DNA of 64,000 nucleotides from Somniosus microcephalus (taxonomy: Eukaryota): the NCBI GenBank assembly GCA_052327205.1, contig CM126222.1, positions 59,334,001 to 59,398,000 of the forward strand, written 5' to 3'. The notes under the pieces are model-generated. The model did no database searches. It was given only the letters and a program-made list of their open reading frames with translations, and had not been told where the DNA came from. Below are positions 33,968 through 48,542 of this stretch, piece by piece. Position 1 is the stretch's first letter; every line of letters starts with the position of its first letter. The position numbers and the translations under genes were made by a program.

Positions 33968-36900
33968 GGGTGTTTCCACACAGGGGAGAGTGAAACGAGC
34001 GGAAGAGATCATCTGGGAGCCACCCCCTGTACTTTTCTGGACTGTGTCCAGGCAGCATTGGCGGAGCCCTGGGAGCGGGTCACCTTTCTATCCTCTGCTC
34101 CATGGCAGTCAGAGCTCCAAGGAAGAAGAAGAAATGCCTTAAAAAGAAGAAGGCTTATTCAAAAAAAAACATGGGATTGGCAGAGACAGCAATATGAATA
34201 TTGGAAGGGAAGTGTTCAATCTGGAAAATAAGTGTGGATTCATGGCCAAAGCCTTGAAACTCTGGAGCCTGTTAATTAGTTACTGCTATATAATAAAGTT
34301 GAAGTGAATAATTTTTCCTTCAATATTCCCCACCCACATCACCCTTTAAAAAAAAAAGTGTTATCCCATTTTACTGGTCTATCTTGGTAATATTTTAAAC
34401 TTGTCAAGTATTCAATTGCTATAACAAACATCCAGAATTATACTCTTGTGGCCTGACATTTCCGATGCTGATTCACTGTGCAAGTAGATCAGGAAGTAAT
34501 CAAAAAAAGTTCCACAGATTGCATCATAAGCCCTATCCATTTACTGAAAATCACTGTACATGCACCGATATTAAACTTTGCCTCTTAAATTATTATCAGA
34601 CATTCCACACAGTCTGAGTTTTTAGCCCCAGTGCCATTGCTCGAAGCTGCAACACCCCACAACAGTTTACTGTGGATCTATAGTTCTTTTCAAACTAAAA
34701 TGATCCATTTTTTTCTTTGAAGAGAAATTGTGGTTCAGTTTCTAGTTCCAAATGTGGATCCATTTTCAAAATAACCACACCATCTGGTCTTATCCAGTGA
34801 TTTTGGCAGACCCCACAATGAGAACTAAATATGATTGCACATTTTACTATTTCCAACTTAAGAACATTTCTCCAAGATACAGCATAATTTTAGTTTGGAA
34901 ATGACTGTAGGTAAAAATGGAAACAGTTGTCTTATCGTCTGTCTTTAAAAATTAGGGGCTCCCCGAGTGTAACCCAAACATCGCCACAGAACGTGAGTCT
35001 GCCTGGCTAATAATGGCAGTGCTTCCCACTCCCTGCAATAAAATAAGCACATAGAGCTAAATCATGCTGCTAATTGTTTTCATACCTGCATATTGGCGTT
35101 TATACGGGCTATCTTCCATTCATTATGATGGAGTGCAGAGCCAGCACTTCAGTTTTAGTTTGGAAACTGTTCTCCCATTTTTTTTTCTTCCCTTGGCCAT
35201 TGATCAACACAGATCCTGCAGCCAATAGGGAGACGTGCGTCCCACCTCTATCACACCCAGTAATGCCACTCTCGCTCATTACTTGGGATGAAGCCACTCA
35301 GACTGCATTCACTGTCTTGGGTCACACATGAAATATGGCCAATTGGGGGAGACACCAGAGGGCTGCTGGCACCTGTGGACCCAGTATGAGTCAGGGGAAG
35401 AGGGGAGAAAAAGAGATTAAAAAAAAAAAGTTCTCTTTGGATTATCCAGTGCCCAGGCAAGCTATTGCTATCGTATTACATTCTCGCAATATTAACAGTT
35501 CTGTGTTGTACCTAACCCTAAATGTGTTCTATTTGTGATTACAGCAGTTTCTATTTTGATCAATATACATTGATGAACTCATATGTCATTGGGGGGTGGG
35601 GATAGAACTATAAAATGTCATGCAGCTGTCTGAACAGAAGAGTGTAAAGAGTTAACAGGCTGTCCTAACCCACAGAAGGTTGCAATCAAGAGCCCTGATG
35701 GCATGGATTCAGGTCATTGCAGAGGGCAGCGCTAGCGTTGTTGCCATGCCCTCTTGTCTCATCAGTTAGTCCCTGAACCATGCAATGCAAACACGTAAAA
35801 ACCCAATCAGGAACATGAAGTGACCTAATCCAGTCTCCGAAGGCAGTGTTGATTAATATTTCCTGTGTGCAAGCAGATTGGGAGTTTGCATTTGAGGCTG
35901 GTCACTGTTCAAAACACAGGAGGAGAGAAGGCCAGTGAGGCAAGATCGAAACCAGGGTTAATGTTTAATCAGAGCGCTCACAAAATGCCACCTCATCCAG
36001 ACTTGTAGCAAGTTTTCTCAACCAGTCCAAAAATTCTGAACTGAATAAACCGATGGGAAGAAAACTGGAAACTTTAATTTCCTAATCTTGGCAAACCTTT
36101 TCAATAGTGAAACCTTGTAAATCATTTAATAATAAAGAAAAAAGAGAATTCTCTGTAAGAAAAGGCATAAATTGGGTATAATTGAAACAACATTGCATTA
36201 TGGGAGAGTTCATTCTCAAGTATAAAAGACTTATTTAATTGACTAATCTGATGTTTGACCAGTCTATTGTTGTACCAGTATCTTTTTATTCTTACGAAGG
36301 GACCAACACCAATTTCTATTGAAGAAGAATATTGCTTTGAAGTTTCTCCTGCCTCAGTTCTACAGAATCATATAATTCTACTCCAAACAAGCTAAATTTG
36401 AATGAGCGAACAGAACACCCAATTCTGCCCCAAATTTACATTGTTACAGTGTTTCTCCCTGACAACTCCATGGCAAAAACCTGGCTGAGCTCCATTTCCC
36501 CCTTTACAATAAAAAAATAAAATGAAAAAGCAAACTTACCTCAGAAAAATTCATATCTGGTATGGTCTGGAATTGAACCATCAAAGTTTATATTTCAAGA
36601 CTTGAGCATATCCTTAATGTCCAAGTTTTATGCTCTCAGGAATGTAATAACTCTTAAACTGATACTGCAGCAGTTCAGTACTTATCACTGCCTACTAATG
36701 AGCAAAGGACAGCGTGGATGAGCTATACTGATCTTTTACACAGGTTAAATACCATTGAACTACGCTGTGCCAGCGGTGATACGGTTTTATTTTCCATTGC
36801 TTTCCAAACAGTCAAATAGAAGGTGTTAAGCAGAGGGGAAGATACTTCTCCACAGGGAGAAAGAGAGAGCAAATCCAATGATAAGTCAACGCATGCCAGT

Positions 36901-38429
36901 CCCACACACACCCTAGCAGCTTTGTCAGAGCCCTGGGAGTAGTCACCCAGTGCGTCCGTTCAATCAGGGGTAGATATGTGTCACAGGGGAAGGGTTTTAA
37001 TGATGATGTGACATTTTCAGACTAGCACTTGTGTATTGACACGTTCCTGCGAATGAGAGAATGTCTTAAACACAATCAAAGGTGGGATATTTCTTTTGAT
37101 CTGTGCATGCCTCCCAAGACAATCTTAAACCTCAGTTAACAATAATGAATGTATTAACTACCATTTTCGATTTGTGACTTTCACATTTGTGATGTGTTGG
37201 CAGTGAAATTAGCAGCCAAAACCCATTAAGCAATGACTTTCTTTTCTGCTTTGCCAATTTTCTTCCACTTTTATTGAAATGCAGTGACACGTGTCAGGTT
37301 TTGGTTCCAGGATGCTAGCAGCCCTCCAAGTACCTCGCCCAAGTGGCCAATCAGTAAACAATGTGACAATGGTTTACATTGCAGCCAACTCAACATTCAT
37401 ACGCATGCATTTTGCGGCATGAACGAGTGTATGGTGATCTAGCCACTTGTACTCTTCTTAGAACAGGGGCAGCAGAAGCACCTTTACCATCCTAGCTGGG
37501 ACCAATTAATTCAACACAGACCAAGGATCAAATCTGCAATTTTCCTAATCTATGTGACAGCACTTCATGAGATGGTGCATTTAGCCGCTAAGTTTGGCAA
37601 CAACATTTCTCACCGGCATCTGCACATGTTACACATATCAGTGACATTACTAATTATGGTTTGCTTTTATTTTATTTATTTATTTCAGTCTGCTGTGTTT
37701 GTAAGGTGTATGGTTTTCATTGTTCTCTAAATGAAATCCAATAACACTTACTAATATTGAACTATTTACATGACATCACCACCAGATGTTGATATAACCA
37801 CATGTACTTGAAAATTAAATGCCTCAGGGTATTGGCCTTTTCACTCTTTTTCAATCGTGTTGATATTTTTATTGACATAGGTTTACAGACTAATTTCCCT
37901 GGATTCTCCACAAATTCTTCTAAATAAGGCATTTGCCTGATATAAAATATGTTGCTGGTAAAATCCTTGCTATGGCACTGGTGAGGCCTGTCCAAGTGTG
38001 TAGAAGAATTGCCTACTGACATTGCTAAAACTAACACAGTGTCTCCTTTAGGATACTCCAGGAATAGTTGACATCAGACAAACACAACCAGCATTTCACT
38101 TTAGGTTAAAGTCTATACTGAAGCATTTGCAGAATTTATTGAAATGTTGTCGAAGTATCAGTGCATTATTAAGTTTATGCCACAGAATGCTTAAATATTG
38201 ATGATCTTCAACATAGTCTAACCAACACTGCAGCATATACTTCAACAGGAGAACCATCACTCTGTAACATTTCTCTGAAAATGATCCTATAATGCTTATG
38301 AAGCTCGCATTGGAAGACTAGTTAACTGATTACTTTTGCAGATCCACTCTGGCGATGCTCCTCTGAGAATAAATTTAACACCAAAAGCCTTACTGATGAG
38401 ATGGAGTGTAAAAGACACTTCCAAATAGA

Positions 38430-38765
38430 ATGATAGCATCCTACAGCACAGAAGGAGGCTATTCGGCCCATTGCATCTGTACCGGCTTTCTGAATAAGCT
38501 AACCACTTAATCCCATTTCCTTGCCCGATTCCTTTATCTTTTAAAATTCTTCTTTTTTTCAAACATTTATTCACTTCCCTTTTAAAAGCTGTAATAGATT
38601 TTGCTTCAATTTCTGTTTCTGGTGGGACATTCCATGTCCTAACAATGCTCTCCCAAAAAAAACATTCTCCTGGCCTCTCTCTTCATTCTTTTGGTGTTGG
38701 TCTTCAATTTATGCCCTCTAGTTACTTACTCACTGACCAGTGGGAATAGTTATTCCCTATTTACC
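38430..38765 (-). mobile_element. Old CR1 3' fragment
   Basis: TACAGCACAGAAGGAGGCTATTCGGCCC is the reverse complement of the tail seen at 40550-40577. Confidence 0.65.
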
Positions 38766-39796
38766 TATACATAAAAAGTTCATTAAGTAGGAGTGGACAG
38801 TATACTTAATAGGTATTGACTTAGAGATAATGTCATGGAGAATGCCTCAGTTACATATCCCTGGGCTAAAACCTATTAAGGTTTTACAGAATCAAGATGT
38901 TAAGGTACAAAGGAGAAACTTACCCTGCAAAGGAACTTCCAAGCTTTGGGCATCTCTCTGACAATAAATAACTTTTAAAAATCCACCCATTGCTTCAGAT
39001 TCTCCCTCTGTCTCAGGTGAATTCCCATATGAAAAGTGGAGCACATTTACCCGTAGTATTCCTTCAGCCAATGTTTTCCTTCCATAATAACAGTGAGAGC
39101 AGCAAAGGCCACCACCATCTGAAGATGCCACATAACAAGGCCAATTAGAACTGACACATTGTACAAAACATGTATTTAACATATTTGTTCTGGTGCAGGA
39201 TCTTGCCATTACCCACTGTCTTTGCATCACTCCCCTGTGCTGTACTTGGTTTACATAGCTGTCGCATTTTAAAAGCATTATCAATAATTGCTAGGTCACC
39301 ACCAGATACTGTGAGCCTTGATTTTGTTTTAAAATGACTAAACACAATCATTAGAATAAAAGCAGAATACATTTCACCAATGTGTACCTGATTAGTGTAA
39401 TTTAACCATGTTTATGAAATGGATGTACCCGCAATCATTGCCTGTCTACATGTCGTGCATGACTTCTAATCACTGCATTTTACTTTTTAATTGAATGTTC
39501 CTGGTTCATCTATATATTTTACCTAGATTACACACTCAACCATAATTAGAAGCAATTGTACAATACCCCATCCTGACATATGGTCTGAGTGATTTGTTTG
39601 TAATTCACTGTGCAGTTTTAGGTGACTTACTGCAGAAATTAAACACGTTAAAAAGGTCTGACTTTCATTAATGTAATTAACAGCCAGATCACTTTTTTTA
39701 AAAACTGCCAATTTTCACCCCTTTTCCTCCATTCCTCTCTTCTTGTAGACTGCTCATTTCTAACTATCAGGGCACTGTGGTCTGAGCCACAGACTT

Positions 39797-40590
39797 GCAT
39801 TTAACGCAGAAAAGTGCAAAGTGATACATTTTGGTAGGAAGAACGAGGAGAGGCAATATAAACTAAAGGGTACAATTCTAAAGGGGGTACAGGAGCATAG
39901 AGACTTGGTGGTACATGTGCACAAATCGTTGAATCTGGCTGGGCAGGTTGAGAAAGCGGTTAAAAAAGCATACGGGATCCTGGGCTTCATAAATAGAGGC
40001 ATAGAGTACAAAAGCAAGGATGTTATGAGGAACCTGTATAAAACACTGGTTCGGCCTCAATTGGAGTATTGTGTCCAATTCTGGGCACCACACTTTAGGA
40101 AGGATGTGAATGCCTTAAAGAGGGTGCAGAAAATATTTACAAGAACGATTCCAGGGATGAGGGACTTCAGTTACATGGATAAACTGGAGAAGCTAGGGTT
40201 GTTCTCCTTAGAGCAGAGAAGGTTGAGAGGAGATTTGATAGAAGTGTTCAAAACCATGAGGGGTCTAGGCAGTGTAGATAGAGAGAAACTGTTCCCATTG
40301 GCGGGAGAGTCAAGAACCAGAGGACGCAGAAGAACCAAAGGCGACAAGAGGAAAAACATTTTTATGCAGCGAGTGGTTAGGATCTGGAATGCACTGCCTG
40401 AAAGGGTAGTGGAGGCAGACTCAATCATGGCTTTCAAAAGGGAGTTGGATAAGTACCTTTAGGAAAAAAAATTGCAGGGCTGTGGGGAAAGGGCGGGGGA
40501 GTGGGGCTAACTGAAGTGCTCTTGTAGAGAGCCGGCACAGGCTCGACGGACCAAACGGCCTCCTTCTGTGCTGTAACAATTCTATTCTAT
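39797..40590 (+). mobile_element. CR1 LINE 3' fragment
   Basis: ORF 39821-40462 (KCKVIHFGRKN...LYKTLVRPQLEYCVQFWAP...RRLRGDLIEVFK) with a TTCTA tail. Confidence 0.92.
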
Positions 40591-42449
40591 CAGCCTCAGT
40601 GCCATTCTGTGGTTAGCCAACTCAGGAAGGAGATTCAGTGGGGCAAGTCAGACAGGCATCATCAGGATGCCCGCAGGCTGGTCAGACCATTGTTGGGAAT
40701 TCACCAAAAAGGGGACGATGTTGCTTTTGCATTAGTTGTAACGCTATTTTTAAAGAAAGGCTTCTCCTTTATAGGCTCCCCCATAGTGTGCGCCACCATT
40801 GCTGCACCAAGAAAATGGACAGATGCCCTGCTCTGATGTTTCTGTCATTGGTAGTCCTAATATATTTCTTATAATAAAGTACTCAAGAGCTTTCTTTAGC
40901 ACCTAGCCTCAGATGGGTACCTCTTTTGATGCCAATCCCAAATAGCAGAAACTTGCCCTACTGAAACCCATGTTGTACCAATTTGTGCCATGGTATATTT
41001 GAGGACTGACTTGCAGAATTGTGTCACTCCAGTGCTGTTCTTTAACTTCACCAATACCCTCACTTGGGAATTTTCACCAAAACTTCAATCACTTTACTAA
41101 AAGCTTATTTATTCGATGAGGGAAAGGTTTAACTATTTATGTATTGCATATGCCAATATTTCAGGATTTAATTTGTTAAGAGTATTTAACAAGTCAGCAT
41201 TACCACAGAACTTGACCCAGACCACTTTCTGTGGTCTGCTTAATGCAGCATCTGAACAAAACCTTTTTCCTGGAGTGCATTCAATGATCCATTGCTAATG
41301 TGCTGCTCTGTTATTTGGCAGACAATATTTTATTTCTATTATTTTTATTTTAGTAAACCATTTACTGGCAGGCCTGCAAGAACAGTGCCTGGCAGACAGT
41401 AATGATTGGTTCTTTGAATGTGATTTTTTTTAGAAAATGAAGCCTGAATTATAGTAATATAATTACCTAATGGTAATGAAAGACAGGTAGAATGACAGAA
41501 TGACTTCCAGCATGATCTTTTATCATCCAATAAATTCTTTCTTTGTTTTCTATGCTGTATGATTCAGGGGTGCTGCAGTTAATTACAGGACCACAACTGT
41601 GGTGTTGTGATTGTCGGCCTGTGGGTGTGTTACCATGGTAATTCCCCTATCGGTCAGCATTCCCACAAACTGCAATCAATATGCAAAGCAAGGCCCTAGC
41701 CCTGATTACTCAGACAAATAACGTAATAATGTTGATTTCCCCCTTTTCATCATTTTACTTTAGATAAAAATCTTAAGAATATGATCTGAAGTCTCTTTTT
41801 AATAGGTGCCTTGAGGCTGAAATGCTGCACTTTCCTATACACCACATATTATTAATGCATACACATTTACGAAGTGAGATTAGAATCTGGGAAAGGAGTC
41901 TCTAGTTATCTAAGTTTTACAGCACAGGGTAATTCCAGACCTCATAGTGGCTGTGGGCATTAAGCAATGGAAATTAGAAATCCTTTTTAAGATGAAAAGA
42001 AGTTGTTTAATATGGGTTACTTGCCATTTATCTTACCTTAACATTTTTTGGACTGCATCCAACTAACCCTTAGCATATTTATCTTCCTCCTTGACTTTCA
42101 ATTAACAAATTCTCCATGACTTAACATTGACCGATTTATACTCTACACATTTTAATGCAAAGCATTATAGGGCAAAACTAAAGAGGTGGAGTTTATTCTT
42201 TTCATTAACGTGCTGCAAATATTTAATCTTGCTAATACTTTTGTTGTGGTGTGTAGATACTACACTAGTGATTAAGGAGTTAATACCTTCTGTCTAGTTA
42301 ACCTTCAGAATCCTTTTAGTGCCTCTGTTTCACATTGTAGATAAGGTGCATTTAAAAGTGAATTCCTTTTTATGGGACAATATTTCTTTGTAATAGAGAT
42401 TTATAGGTCGTGCTGTTAACACTTTATTACCTGTTATTTAACTCTTTGT

Positions 42450-43315
42450 GAACTCCAGTGCAGTACCGAGTGAGTACTCCATTGTTGGAGGTGCCATTCT
42501 TCAAATGAAATGCTAAACCAAGGTAAAGTCTGCCTTTTCACACGGGCTTTACATATTCCACTATTTCAAAGGGAGTTATTCCAGTGACTGGGCCAAAATT
42601 TTTCCCACAAAAACAATGCCACCAAAAGCAAATTAACTGAATATTCATTTCATTTCATCGCTGCTTGTGGGAGCTCGTCATGAGTAACATGACTACTACC
42701 AATGTCCACAAAACAAGGGTAACGGCACTTTAAAGTTATTCATTGCATATGAAGTGCTTTGGAATGTTTCTGAGACATTTGAGGCCTGATAGGCCCTGGG
42801 AGTTTGCAGGGTTAGTTGGGATGGCATCTGATTTGCATGGGGAGTGGAGGCACAAGTGCCACTGTGGGCACATCTGCACTGCCCACCTGTCCCACATAGC
42901 GGAACACCTGAAGGGTTGCCCAGGTCTCCCAGACCCCAATTGTGTCCTGTCCAGCCCCCTGTGTAAGTCGACCGATTGAGATTTCAGAAAAAGATCTTAC
43001 CTTTTTTTCCCAAAGGTCCAGGGTGCTTGCCTGACCTGCCCGCAGGTGGGGTCCATTTCTGCCCATTTGAAGGTGTACCAACCTCCCATACTATGCCGGA
43101 TCCTGAATGAGCCAGCCTAGTGGGATCTCCCATCGGGAGTCACTGCCTCTGGCTCTGTTCACCTCCCTCCAACCCCAGTGACATTTTCCTTGAACTGGGC
43201 AAATGGAGGTTCCATCCCTTACAAGGCATATTGAAAAATCCCAGTTATGAACAGCAGAACCCCTGTGAATTTTCAGGGCCATGATACAGTTCTATATGAA
43301 TGCAAGTCTTCCTTT
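42450..43315 (+). mobile_element. Degenerate DeuSINE interrupted by a MITE (42792-43280)
   Basis: Begins with family-like ACTCCAGTGCAGTAC...; the tail CTATATGAATGCAAGTCTT resumes after the MITE. MITE ends are GGCCCTGGGAGTTTGCAGGG and CCCTGTGAATTTTCAGGGCC. Confidence 0.65.
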
Positions 43316-43782
43316 TTAACTAGTAATTTGACTTTCCAAGAAACAGCAAGTTTATTTTTTCCTCTGTGAATTGAGGAGTCATAACTTAATGCCCTGGGTG
43401 TGAGCTGAACCTGAAGTGACACAAATTGGAGCAAGGGTTAACTTGCGAACAGCTAGAGTATTTCTAATTCAGATCACCACAGACTTCAGCTTGGCCTTTC
43501 CCTTTCGGAAATGGTGGTTGAGCCCGTTGTTAGCTCGTGCCACAATAGAAAGTGGACGTGCACAATGGCTGTCTATCTTAACACACATTAAATAAAGGCA
43601 GGCCAGTTTTGGTTAACTGCCTGGTTGTCTAGTCTTTACCCACACCTGCAGCAGGCGTTAAGCCCTTTATTTGCACTTGCCTAATGCCTGCATGAGGTCC
43701 CCACCCCAACATTGGCTTGCCTTGAATGTCTGCCAACCAAGAAGGTAAGCTCTGGAATTCCCTCCCTAAACTTCTCCACCTT

Positions 43783-44159
43783 GGCACGGTGGCATAGTGG
43801 TTAGCATTGTTGCCTCACAGCGCCAGGGACCCGGGTTCAAATCCAGCCTCGGGTGACTGTCTGTGTGGAGTTTGCACATTCTCCCCGTGTTTGCGTGGGT
43901 TTCCTCCGGGTGCTCCGGTTTCCTCCCACAGTCCAAAGATGTGCAGGTTAGGTTGATTGGCCATGATAAAAATTGGCCCTTAGTGTTAGGGGGGATTAAA
44001 TATGTGGGGTTACGGGGATAGGGCTTGGGTGGGATGGCTGTCGGTGTAGGGACCGGGTGCTAGGGTTTGGATGATCAGCCATGATCTCGTTGAATGGCGG
44101 AGCAGGCTCGAAGGGCTGAATGGCCTACTCCTGCTCCTATCTTCTATGTTTCTATGTTT
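43783..44159 (+). mobile_element. HE1 SINE (V-SINE) nested in an L2 3' fragment
   Basis: Head GGCACGGTGGCATAGTGGTTAGC, V-domain TGTGTGGAGTTTGCACATTCTCCCCGTG...GGTTTCCTCCCACAGTCCAAAG. The tail is near-identical to the CR1 3' end at 17660-17749. Host L2 sequence lies at 43746-43782 and 44160-44335. Confidence 0.88.
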
Positions 44160-47100
44160 CTACCTCTCTTTCCTCCTTTAAGACGTCCCTTAAAACCTAC
44201 CTCTTTGACCATCTGCCCTAATACCTCCTTATGTGGCTCGGAGTCAATTTTGTTTGATAACGCTCTTGTGAAGCACCTTGGGACATTTTACTACGTTAAA
44301 GGCGCTATATAAATACTAGTTGTTGTTGTTGTTGTAAGTAATTTACCTGAATATGGAGACGGGAGGAGCAGGAGTTTGTGAACTCCAGGCCCCTCGACTG
44401 GTTGCCTTGGCCTCGGCCTCATCCTCTACCCCGACCCAGCCCGGTTGCCTGACGGATGCTGCCACAGTAATAACGGCCCGATTATTCTTTGAACTTATCG
44501 GTGGGCTGTTGCACCATGACAATAAGGCCCGGAACCCAACACCTCAGGAGCCTTGGACCTCGCCATTCTGGCGCAGGGTATTTACCCTTTGGCCCCTGCC
44601 AACACCTCTTACCTTTTTTCAAGGCCTAGAGTACACAGAGTATGAGGTAACACATATTGTGTTGGAAGTGGGGTGAGGAGAGTTTGCTGCAGAGGTAATA
44701 TAACGTGGGTGGTTGAGAGGAAAGTTGAGGTTGTTTGGGTCAAACCAGCAGGGACTGGGGCTGTGACAGGAGGAAAATCAGGTGTTGGAGCTGGGAGTAA
44801 TCATGGGCTTTGTGGTGTAGGAGTGCTGGGTTCTGGAACACTTGGTGGGATTATGATATTATCTTGACACATTTCTTGATCAATTTTGGTGATGGGAGGA
44901 CTCTAGTGGTGGTTCTTGGCACCGGGGACATAGCACTGGCATCTAGGAATACTAGTGGACTGGGCTGTGTGAGTAGGGAGGAATGATTCTCGCTGTCAAT
45001 TATATAAAATTCTAATAGTTGGTGCTTAGTGGAAGCTGTAGCCTCTGCAACTAACAATATTGGGTCTGAGGGCTTGTGTGAAGCCAAGGCTTGGGTTCTC
45101 ACATAAACACAGAGTTCTGATGGGAAACATTCTGGCTTTTCAAACACAGAACATCCTATGGTGTCAGGAAGTTTAATTATTTTCTTGTAAATTTTCTATT
45201 TTTATGACTTTATTATGTTGCAAAGCTCATTTTCAGTAGTAAATGCTGAGTGTATTGGGCAAAAGGATTTTTAAAACATATTTGGTATGATTTGATTGGT
45301 TCAGTTTATCCCTTTTATTGATAAGATTTTGCTAAATGCTTATGTTTCATTTCTTGTTTCATATGTTCTTCGTCGTTCCTTATTGAAAGTTTATCTAGCT
45401 ATTTTCCTTGCAATGGTTCCTATGGACCTTACCTGATTTGTTACTATTTTATGAATATGAAATTTGATCCAATCAACTGCAAGCAGTTTATATATAAACA
45501 CCAATTGTGCTGAACTGTGACCAGGAATTGTGACAGAAAGTGAGACATGACAGACGTAACATTCACTACATGTAATATTTTTAAAATTCTATAAATACCT
45601 TGGGGTTGTATAAATAGCATGATGTTGTATAATGGGAAATGCAGGTCTTAATAGATGGAAAGAACTTACAGTTTTGGTATTCAAATGGTTAATCATTTTT
45701 GAAAATAATGACATTCGCAAGACAGGCTTCAGCTGCAGACTAAATCCCCTGGCAAATCCTATCTGACATACTCTTCTTTGGGGCTCCATTTAAGCAATTT
45801 GTTACTTTGCAGATTCTGATATGAATCTGGTGTGGTGCCGTCAAAAGTTATTGCAAAACCGAGAGAAAGAGTGTGGGAGCTGGGGCTTCTAAGTCAAGGC
45901 TACGTGAACCTGGACCAACTTCTCCTGTTTTTCCTGTGCAGATCTGGTGGTTGCAAGATTTATTCACTTATTCTCTTACAAAAAAAAACCTCCCTTCAAC
46001 AAAATACCAGTCAATATTAAACCTGCAGCTCACTATAACTCAGCATAATTTATTCAGTCCTATCTTTTTGACTCTTTGTTCCGTTTGCTGATTTTGCCAC
46101 AGGCTTCCAATGTAACCTTGGCTCCTACAAACTATTTGTTCTCTTGTGATCAGATGTATCTTGTTACAAGCTCTACAATTAATTAATTTGTACCTGCCTA
46201 TTACATTTATGTTATTCTCAGCGTGCATATGTCAGCATGCACTCTGAAACAATGATGTTTCAAAATAGGATCTCGATGTGTTTCACATTTGGCTACCATC
46301 TGTTTTCTCGAGAACCAAGATCAAAAATTGGTGGTCATTTTTACAGTAAACATTGAGGGAAAAACTATGCATTTAACATTTTGAGGAATAAGAAGAAATG
46401 GCATAGTATATAGAAGATTACCAAAAATATATAAAAGTAGTTGAGAAGGACATTTAAAACAAATTATTGTCCGTATTATGTAAATAACGTAACATCTCAA
46501 ATGGTTCAGCTCTAAGTGCAGAAAGGCTGTATTTGAGCACAATACCTATCATCTACATCTGCGCTTTTATTTTTTTCTGATTGCTGAAGTAACAACCTGT
46601 TTATATTGCAATATCACTCAAAGAAGTTGTTTTAAAAGGCTTCTAGTTCTATGGTATCTCCTCCCACCTTGCATGTTAAGTTGTGGGACCAACAGGAAAA
46701 CAAGCAAATTTGCACATAATGGATTGTTTCAGTCTTGTAATTTGCTTTGTTTCTGCTCGGTGTAGCATCGCCACAGACACACCCAGCCCTGACCCAGTGT
46801 AGTAGTGGCTGCAAAGGACTGTGCAGGTGAGCGGGTGCAAAACCTGCTCGGCCCATCAGCAGCCAGGAGAGATGGCAGCCTCTGTCAGGGACACCATTAT
46901 AGCCCAGTTACACCACAGAGCTTTTGTTGATGTCAAGTGATTCTGGCTTTGTATCGGTTCAGAATCTGTAGAATGGCTCAGGTACGGACAAGGACAGCAC
47001 TTCACATTTTAATAAGCAGCGGCAGACCACCTCAAGAAAGTGAGCTGTCACTGCTTCAGGTTCACACCGGCTGCAGTGCAATTGCAACCAATACAAACCA

Positions 47101-47376
47101 AAGTATAAAACGTGTCCACATAGTAACTGTTTAAAATTCATTTTTAAATATTTGAATATTTGCAGAGATAATGCCATTGGCTCTCGTGCTAATATTAAAA
47201 TGTAACTGGTATTTCAGTGCCGGTGAGTGTGACATTTCACATATATATCTGTGTCCATGTGGGCGTACATAGCTCTCTGCTGTCGCTAACCCCAGTGTGG
47301 TGCAGAGCTCCTGATAAATGTTGGGTCTGCCGGCTGCACGTTGCTTTAAGCAGTACAACTGCTCTCTTACACACAC

Positions 47377-47871
47377 GGGCTCTGAAATTCCTCGGGAATT
47401 CTGCCGGTCTCCTGCTACAACTCTGACTGGAGACTGGCGGAACCCTCACAGAAACAGAGGAGATCTCCCATTTCTGAGAGTTTCCGTATTGACTTGAAAG
47501 GTATGGAACTTCTAGCCACCCCTTACAAGGCAAGTGACGGGCCGGGGTGGGGACTTTCTATGTTAGACTCATCCGGTCCTGGCTCAGTGTAGCAGTGGCG
47601 GCTGGTACCCCGAGAGAGATGAGATACACTGGTCCCTACAAGTGGGCATGTGGCCCCCCCTGGTGGGGTCCAGACCTGGCCCCTGTTGAGAATTTAAATT
47701 TAAAGAATTTCTGGCTCGGCCACCTTGCTCGCGAGCTAATCTGAACAGTAGCAGGATTGGGAGGTGTTGTCTAGGCAACCCCTCCCCACTACAGATAGAC
47801 GTGGCACAATAGGGTGGTGGGTGCAATCCCATCACAACTACTAGGATCACAGCCTGTGGAGCTTCGGGGCC
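47377..47871. mobile_element. Degenerate MITE
   Basis: Ends GGGCTCTGAAATTCC and GGAGCTTCGGGGCC. GC-rich island in an AT-rich background. Confidence 0.5.
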
Positions 47872-48103
47872 ACATTATCCATAAAACACAAAGGACCAAG
47901 TATTCATAATGTGTTTTTTACAGTGAACATTGTGTCACTTTGGTGCACCATTGGAAGTAAAGAATTATTGAATTCAAGTTAGCACAATTAAACCATCTCC
48001 ATTGACATGTACCCAAGCTGGAGAAGTTGTACTGCATCACTGCCTGCATAATATGAAGAGCTGATACAGTTCTGGTCACTAACAGCACACCTAACTTGTG
48101 CTA

Positions 48104-48542
48104 CCGTGTCAGCTGTGGCTCAGTTGGTAGTACACTTGCCTTTGAGTCAGAAGATTGTGGGTTCAAGTCCCACTCCAGTGCAGTGCTGAGGGAGTGCTGC
48201 ACTGTCGGAGGTGCTGTCTTTCTGATGAGGTGTTAAACCGAGGCCCTCATCTGCTCTCAGGTGGACGTAAAAGATCCTGTGGTGCTGTTTCGAAGAAGAG
48301 TAGGGGAGTTATCCCTGGTGTCCTGGCCAATATTTATCCCTCAATCAACATAACAAAAACAGATTATCTGGTCATTTTCACATTGCAGTTTGTGGGAGCT
48401 TGCTGTGCGCAAATTGGCTGCCGTGTTTCCCACATTACAACAGTGACTCCACTTCAAAAGTACTTAATTGGCTGTAAAGCGCTTTGAGACATCCGGTGGT
48501 CATGAAAGGCGCTATATAAATGCAAGTCTTTCTTCTTTCTTT
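48104..48542 (+). mobile_element. DeuSINE, near full length
   Basis: Highly similar to 1043-1490. Confidence 0.87.
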
